The notes beneath the pieces are model-generated. The model searched no databases. It was not told where the DNA came from and was given only the letters and a program-made list of their open reading frames with translations. This document shows positions 58,837-64,000 of a stretch of DNA of 64,000 nt, in pieces. Origin of the DNA: Thermoproteota archaeon (GTDB lineage: Archaea > Korarchaeota > Korarchaeia > Korarchaeales > Korarchaeaceae); the NCBI GenBank assembly GCA_027492205.1, contig JAOZFN010000017.1, positions 105,116 to 169,115 of the forward strand, read 5' to 3'. Made by a program: the position numbers and the translations under genes. Numbering within the stretch: the first letter of the stretch is position 1; each line of letters opens with the position of its first letter.

Positions 58837-59859
58837 GGAGCTCCCGCCCTCAGGGGTGGTCGCCGCCCTGAGCCTGTCTATGGCGGACCTCACCCTCTTT
58901 CTGGAGAAGTCCCTCTCATCGCAGAGGAACTGCAGGAGCCCCTTCTCGTCCGGCGGCCTCCACTCGAGGCGATAGTCGTCCGTCACGGGCGGATTTAGGA
59001 AGAACCTCCTGATGGCCTCCAAGTCCAGGTCGGGGTCCGCCCTCAGCCCGGTCTCCTCGATGACCCTCTCGAGGGAGCCGTGCTCCCTGATGAGCTTCAG
59101 GGCCCTGACCGGGCCGATTCCCCTGACCCCCTCGTTGTAGTCCGTCCCCATCAGGATGGCCATGTCGACGAGCTGCTCTCGCGTGATACCCAGCGAGCTC
59201 AGGAGCTCCTCCAGCACTATCAGCTCCGGCTCGAGTCTGTAGTAGCCCGGCCTCTTCCTGTAGTACCTCTTCCCCGTTATCGTGACGTTCCTGACGAGCC
59301 TCGGAGAGCCGAAGAGCAGGGAGTCGTAGTCCTGGCTGGCGGCGGCCCAGACGTCCCCTTTAGCCGCCATGTGCGCCGCCTGGGCCTCCCCCTCGCTGGG
59401 CGCCTGGACCCAGGGGACCCCCATGAGGTCGAGCAACCTCTTCGCGTCATCGGCCATCGAGGGCGTGAGCCTGCTGGTCTGGACGGCCTTGGCCCACGCG
59501 GTCCTGAAGTCCCCCCTCGCGAGGGCCTCCACCCACTCCCTCTCGGCCTTCTCTCTGATGGCCCGCCTCTCCTCCAGCGTCCTTCGCTTGAAGTCCGGCG
59601 GAGGTCCGTCAAACACGTAGACGGGCCTTATCCCGAGCTCGATAAGCCTCAAGGTCCGGAAGAGGAGTCCGTTAAGGTGCGACGTCACCCTCCCATGGCT
59701 GTCGGTCAGGGGAACGCCGGGGCCCCTCCTTATGAGGGCGAGGAACTGGTAGATCGCGTTGAACGCGTCTATCGCCAGTGCCTTACCCGAGAGTGAGCTG
59801 AACGATATCTTCTTGGGCTTCACAAGCTTCGCCAGCGGCAGCCCCAAAGCCCTCCCCAT
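58819..59859 (-). CDS. fen: Flap endonuclease 1
   Basis: AIDAFNAIYQFL, TSHLNG, VFDG.PP..K, APSEGEAQAA, SQDYDSLLFG, GTDYN.G..GIGP..AL; C-terminal SLEDFW. Confidence 0.96.
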   Translation of the reverse strand: MGRALGLPLAKLVKPKKISFSSLSGKALAIDAFNAIYQFLALIRRGPGVPLTDSHGRVTSHLNGLLFRTLRLIELGIRPVYVFDGPPPDFKRRTLEERRAIREKAEREWVEALARGDFRTAWAKAVQTSRLTPSMADDAKRLLDLMGVPWVQAPSEGEAQAAHMAAKGDVWAAASQDYDSLLFGSPRLVRNVTITGKRYYRKRPGYYRLEPELIVLEELLSSLGITREQLVDMAILMGTDYNEGVRGIGPVRALKLIREHGSLERVIEETGLRADPDLDLEAIRRFFLNPPVTDDYRLEWRPPDEKGLLQFLCDERDFSRKRVRSAIDRLRAATTPEGGSSLEDFW

Positions 59860-59947
59860 CCTCCCCGGCCGACCCGCAAAGCATTGACCGAGTCCACGCC
59901 TCGAGGGTCTGAAAAAGGTTTTGACCTCCCCTCTCTTCTCTCTGCCG

Positions 59948-60205
59948 ATGCCGCTCTACGAGGTCAGGCTCTCGCGCGTCGCGGCCGAGAAGATATCTGG
60001 GTTGGACGAGGTCCCGCGGGGGAGGGTTATGGAGTTCCTCAAGCACCTAGAGGAGACCGCCACCCCCCTAGGTCAGGGGAGGCTGTGGAGGATCCGGGGA
60101 CACTTTGGATACGTCGCGGCCGACGTCGGCGGCTTGCGAGTCCTATACCACGTCGACTGGGAACAGAGGAGGATAGGGGTCCTCGACGTGATAGAGGAGT
60201 TTTGA
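59948..60205 (+). CDS. RelE/ParE-fold protein (divergent)
   Basis: YEVRLSRVAAEKISGLD....RV...L.HLEE...P......IRG......VGGLRVLYHVD. Confidence 0.6.
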   Translation: MPLYEVRLSRVAAEKISGLDEVPRGRVMEFLKHLEETATPLGQGRLWRIRGHFGYVAADVGGLRVLYHVDWEQRRIGVLDVIEEF

Positions 60206-60216
60206 AATCCGCTGTG

Positions 60217-60411
60217 TCAATCCCCGAGCCTCCTCCTGTGGCTCTCGAGACCCTCGTATTCTCCCATCTCCATCTGGGCTAAAAGATCCTCCAGCCTGCC
60301 GATCTCGTCCTCGGGGAGATCTATGGCCGGGAGGAGTGATGCCGTCACTTGTTCGCAGTCGAGCTTAACATTGATGGCCTTTCCATGTCCCTCGCGTTCT
60401 GGGGGCATCAA
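60217..60411 (-). CDS. Small protein with an archaeal RelB-antitoxin-like C-terminus (possibly a remnant)
   Basis: LLPAIDLPEDEIGRLEDLLAQMEMGEYEGLESHRRRLG resembles the LxxEExxxxxxxxxExxxGExxxLEELxxxLG pattern. Confidence 0.4.
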   Translation of the reverse strand: MMPPEREGHGKAINVKLDCEQVTASLLPAIDLPEDEIGRLEDLLAQMEMGEYEGLESHRRRLGD

Positions 60412-60521
60412 GGCCCTCTCCGCGAGCGCCCTAAAACGGTTTGCGCCACCTGCCGGTATCGGGCGGGCACGTTGGGCAAATATTTTTACATTATTATTCC
60501 ATCGACGCTCGGCTGGTCCGT

Positions 60522-61871
60522 ATGGGAGAGAGGGGGTCTGAGGTAAACAAGCCGTACGAGTTGGCCATCAAGTTCGCCAAGTTCTACGGAGGCAAGATTG
60601 AGGTTGCCCCTAGGGTCCCCGTGTTCGCGCTGAAGGACTTCGCCGTATGGTACACTCCCGGGGTGGCCGAAGTCTGCCGCGCCATCGCCAAGGACAGGGA
60701 GCTGAGCTTCAAGTACACCAACAGGTGGAACACAATCCTCGTCGTGACGGACGGTACCAGGGTCTTAGGCCTGGGGGACATAGGGCCGGAGGCCAGCATG
60801 CCCGTGATGGAGGGGAAGGCCCTCATCTTCAAGTACCTGGGCGGCGTGGACGCGTTCCCGCTCCCGATAGCCGAGAAGGATCCCGACAGGTTCATCGAGA
60901 TAGTGAAGGCCATGGAGCCCGCCGTGGGCGGCGTGAACCTGGAGGACATCTCCTCGCCCAAGTGCTTCTACATCCTCGAGAGGCTCAGACAGGAGACAGA
61001 GATCTGCGTCTGGCACGACGACCAGCAGGGCACCGCGGGCGCCACCCTCGCCGGGCTGATCAACGCCCTAAAGCTGACAGACAGAAAGCTCGGCGAGGCC
61101 AAGATAGCGTTCATCGGGTGTGGGGCGGCCAACATAGCGAGCGCCAGGGTGATCGAGGTCGCCGGCGGGGACCCGAAGAGGTGGGTCATGGTGGACTCCA
61201 AGGGTATCCTCCACAAGGACAGGCCGGACATGGAGCGGCTGAAGGAGAAGAACCCCTGGAAGTATGAGTGGGCCGTCAAGACCAACTCCGAGGGGAGGAC
61301 GGGGGGAATTCCAGAGGCCCTCAGGGACATGGACGTCGTGATCGCGGCCTCGAAGCCGGGGCCGGACGTGATCAAGAAGGAGTGGATCCGCAGCATGGCG
61401 CCCGACCCGATCGTGTTCGTGGAGGCGAACCCGGTCCCGGAGATCTGGCCGTGGGATGCGAAGGAGGCCGGCGCCAGGGTCGTGGCAACCGGGAGGAGCG
61501 ACTTCCCGAACCAAGTGAACAACAGCCTCGTCTTCCCGTCCGTCTTCAGGGGCGCGTTGGACGTCAAGGCAAGGACCATCACGGACGAGATGGCCGCAGC
61601 TGCCGCGTTCGAGCTGGCCAAGTTCGCCGAGGAGAAGGGCATCCACGAGGACTACGTCATACCCACCATGGAGGAGTGGGAGGTCTACCCGAGGGTTGCA
61701 GTGGCCGTGGCCATGAAGGCCATAGAGCAGGGTGTGGCAAGGGAGGAGTACAGCGAGGACGAGCTCTACGAGAAAGCGGTGTTCATGATAAAGAGGGCCA
61801 GGCAGCAGATGGACATTCTAGTGAAGTCGGGCGTCATACCAACTCCTCCTGAAGGCAAGATTTACGGTTGA
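60522..61871 (+). CDS. NAD(P)-dependent malic enzyme
   Basis: WYTPGVA, TDGTRVLGLGDIG, PVMEGK, NLEDI..PKCF, HDDQQGT, ATGRSDFPNQVNN; TATA-like TTTTTA about 35 nt upstream. Confidence 0.95.
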   Translation: MGERGSEVNKPYELAIKFAKFYGGKIEVAPRVPVFALKDFAVWYTPGVAEVCRAIAKDRELSFKYTNRWNTILVVTDGTRVLGLGDIGPEASMPVMEGKALIFKYLGGVDAFPLPIAEKDPDRFIEIVKAMEPAVGGVNLEDISSPKCFYILERLRQETEICVWHDDQQGTAGATLAGLINALKLTDRKLGEAKIAFIGCGAANIASARVIEVAGGDPKRWVMVDSKGILHKDRPDMERLKEKNPWKYEWAVKTNSEGRTGGIPEALRDMDVVIAASKPGPDVIKKEWIRSMAPDPIVFVEANPVPEIWPWDAKEAGARVVATGRSDFPNQVNNSLVFPSVFRGALDVKARTITDEMAAAAAFELAKFAEEKGIHEDYVIPTMEEWEVYPRVAVAVAMKAIEQGVAREEYSEDELYEKAVFMIKRARQQMDILVKSGVIPTPPEGKIYG

Positions 61872-62066
61872 GGGGAGCTCAACCCCTCCCCCTTATTTTG
61901 TAGCACGCCTCGCTGATCTCGAGGGCGTGACGAGGTCAGTGGCTCTGCCTGAGGTTATTCAGGTGAAAGACGGATCTCCGCTTAAGAACAGCCAAGGACA
62001 CCCCGGAGAAGGTAGCCCTCAGACCTTCCAACAAATCCAGGTATTCACCTGTGGGAGAAAACCGGT

Positions 62067-62951
62067 GTGGGAAAAATGAAGGCCAAGCCGCTATGGATAA
62101 GCGGAGCATTAGCGCTAATCGCAGCCCTGCTCCTAGTGGCCGCGCTGACTGGCGAGAGGACTCCTAGTGAAGAGGGTAATAGCGTAAATCTTACCGAGCT
62201 GGGCGCAGTCGGCGTGTCCAGGGTAGCGGTACTCGTGGACAACTACCCCGATGGGAAGGGGCTCAGGACTGCTTGGGGCTTTGCAGCACTCGTGGAGGCT
62301 GACGGGGTTAAGATCCTGTTCGACGCCGGCCCAGACCCAAAGGTGCTCGAGCACAACGCGAGAGAACTTGGCGTGGCCCTAGACGAAGTAGACTTCGTGG
62401 TTCTCTCTCATCATCACGGCGACCACGCCGGAGGGGTACCTTACCCAGCTTCCGTTAACCCTGGGGTGACGGTCTACGTGCCCAGCAGGGCCGACCCTGG
62501 CGTGGTGAACAGGCTCAGGTCAATGGGTCTGAACGTGATCGAGCTAACGCAGCCGACGATCTTGGCGACGGGAGTGATGACGACGGGCAGCCTCTGGGGG
62601 CCACCAGCCGAGCAGGGCCTCATCATCAACGTGAGCGGGCTGGGGGCCGTGCTGATAACTGGCTGCGCCCATCCGAGAGTAGAGGTCATGGCGGTGAGGG
62701 CGGCAAACCTGACGGGTGGGCCAGTCTACGCTGTGCTCGGCGGGTTCCACCTGGGGTCGGCCAGCTACGACAGACTGGAGATCATAGCGAAAACCTTCGA
62801 ATCGCTCGGAGTTAAGCTCGTAGCTCCGATGCACTGCTCTGGAGACAGGGCCCGATCTTACTTCAAGTCTAGAATGCCCTCAGCCTACGTGGACGGCCAC
62901 GTGGGAATGACCTTCATGTTCTCGAGCGAAGGCGTCACAGTGTCGCCTTAG
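62067..62951 (+). CDS. MBL-fold metallohydrolase (MJ0301/MJ0448-like) with an N-terminal signal anchor
   Basis: LFDAG, SHHHGDHAGG, EQGL, TGCAHP, GGFHL, PMHCSG. Confidence 0.88.
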   Translation: MGKMKAKPLWISGALALIAALLLVAALTGERTPSEEGNSVNLTELGAVGVSRVAVLVDNYPDGKGLRTAWGFAALVEADGVKILFDAGPDPKVLEHNARELGVALDEVDFVVLSHHHGDHAGGVPYPASVNPGVTVYVPSRADPGVVNRLRSMGLNVIELTQPTILATGVMTTGSLWGPPAEQGLIINVSGLGAVLITGCAHPRVEVMAVRAANLTGGPVYAVLGGFHLGSASYDRLEIIAKTFESLGVKLVAPMHCSGDRARSYFKSRMPSAYVDGHVGMTFMFSSEGVTVSP

Positions 62952-63484
62952 CCGCCTGCCTCCATCTCCTTCTCCACGGAGAGGATCTCCCGTGGAGAAA
63001 CGACTGACACAGCCGTGACGGGTCCAACTACCTCCACGAGCACTATCTTGTCGGGGTTCTTCAAGTTCACCTTCCTCTCGAATACCTCTGCCACGGCCTT
63101 GATGATGTCCATGCTGTGCAGCTGAGTGTGCCTCTTCTCGACCGTCACCCGGAAGGTCTCTCCCTCGCCTATCCTGTCTACAAGACCCCTAGCAGCCTCC
63201 ACGATCCTCCCAATACCCGTCTCTACGACCTCATCGACCGGAATAACCCTCTTTACATTCACTAAGTTGAATGGTCTCTCTCTGGCCATTTTTCGGAGGC
63301 CCTCTATAACCTCGGGCCTACTCAGGCCGGTTTTGACGAATATAACTCCCCTTACCGTGCTGGGCCAGGCTTCTGGGTCCGAGTCCCCGAGCTCTCTGAG
63401 GGCGGCCTCAATCTCATTAATAGCGGCCATCTCCATGTTCCGGGGAGTTGTGACCAGCAGGTTGAACTCTCGTCCGGCAGACAT
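62948..63484 (-). CDS. Stand-alone THUMP-domain protein (Tan1-like)
   Basis: FNLLVTT, KRVIPVD, ETFRVTVEKR, KVNLKNPDKIVLVEVVG. Confidence 0.88.
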   Translation of the reverse strand: MSAGREFNLLVTTPRNMEMAAINEIEAALRELGDSDPEAWPSTVRGVIFVKTGLSRPEVIEGLRKMARERPFNLVNVKRVIPVDEVVETGIGRIVEAARGLVDRIGEGETFRVTVEKRHTQLHSMDIIKAVAEVFERKVNLKNPDKIVLVEVVGPVTAVSVVSPREILSVEKEMEAGG

Positions 63485-63878
63485 ATCCGACACACAAAAG
63501 GAGGGATGCTCGAAGATAATATCTTCAGCGTCTGTTTCGCTCATGACAGAGGCTCTAGTAAGCACGCCGAGAGGCTCTTGGGCCGCTCTAGCTCTCCCTT
63601 AGTATTTTCTCTATCTCAGGAGCCAGCATAGGGTTAGCGATCCTACACGCGTCTGGCGGAGGACAGGGAGGCTGCGCAGGCGTTCCTCCGCCGGGGTATC
63701 TGTCGAGGGATAGGGTTGCGGGCTTCAGCTGAAGGCCAGCCGGTGGCCGACCCGTGGCGGGCCCGTCTCCGGCGGAGCGAGGCTGGGGGAGGGGGGCGGC
63801 GCGCCGGCCCGCGTAGGGAGGCCGCGAGCCTGCATGTAAAAGTTTATTAGCGGGATCCAGCAAAGGCGGCGCGGCCAG

Positions 63879-64000
63879 ATGTACAACCCCTGGTTCTGGC
63901 TGGGAACGGTCTACCCCTACTGGTACCTGGATATGTTTTCCCTGTACCCCCTCATGACCCTCTACTGGAGCTACCCGTGGTACTGGCTCTGGCTCTGGTC
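63879..64000 (+). CDS. 5' part of a Trp/Tyr/Pro-rich hypothetical protein (truncated by the window end)
   Basis: MYNPWFWLGTVYPYWYLDMFSLYPLMTLYWSYPWYWLWLW...; native GC3 codon bias; BRE/TATA AAAAGTTTATTA at 63838-63849. Confidence 0.65.
   Translation, partial: MYNPWFWLGTVYPYWYLDMFSLYPLMTLYWSYPWYWLWLW

Noticed and set aside
63610-63835. GC-rich intergenic stretch as SRP RNA or RNase P RNA
   Set aside because: I could not find the SRP helix-8 (GGAA tetraloop/AGCAG) or RNase P P4 (GAGGAAAGUCC) signatures on either strand; an Infernal search would settle it
1-64000. tRNA, rRNA, CRISPR array, transposase or integrase
   Set aside because: No T-loop/cloverleaf signature, no regularly spaced repeat-spacer array and no DDE/tyrosine recombinase motifs seen by eye; tRNAscan-SE/Infernal would be needed to exclude them fully

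Overview
A 64-kb chromosomal window from a GC-rich (roughly two-thirds G+C by eye), probably thermophilic, anaerobic archaeon. The evidence is FEN1 and an Nre remnant with PCNA-binding tails, a GHMP-type archaeal shikimate kinase, a tungsten aldehyde:ferredoxin oxidoreductase (AOR) with its radical-SAM maturase, AGG/ATA codon usage, TATA-type promoters and apparently leaderless starts. A TACK/Thermoproteota-like origin is inferred, not proven. Main blocks: (i) housekeeping and small genes (htpX, class II GATase, yjbQ, alaX); (ii) a minus-strand cluster of two surface-anchored calcineurin-like phosphoesterases, an anchored secreted protein and an Fe3+/AfuABC-type ABC transporter; (iii) two paralogous anchored beta-propeller/Ig proteins plus a DNRLRE-type surface protein; (iv) an accessory stretch with pseudogenes, gene scars and toxin-antitoxin pairs; (v) a Cys-rich Lrp/AsnC regulator-TauE-NifX module with a shared palindromic operator; (vi) argGH; (vii) a 10-gene transketolase-shikimate-tyrA operon headed by a wHTH-transketolase fusion; (viii) aor/moaD, fen, malic enzyme, MBL-fold and THUMP genes. 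I found no tRNA, rRNA, CRISPR array or transposase. The best candidates for undescribed biology are the GTTTC-N5-GAAAC/Lrp-FeS/TauE regulon, the GNHD/GNND phosphoesterase pair with its ABC importer, the Arg-codon uORF at the argG start, the wHTH-transketolase fusion, a MoaD/SAMP with a masked di-Gly, and a perfectly duplicated MNT antitoxin. All family assignments come from motif recognition by eye; no database searches were run.
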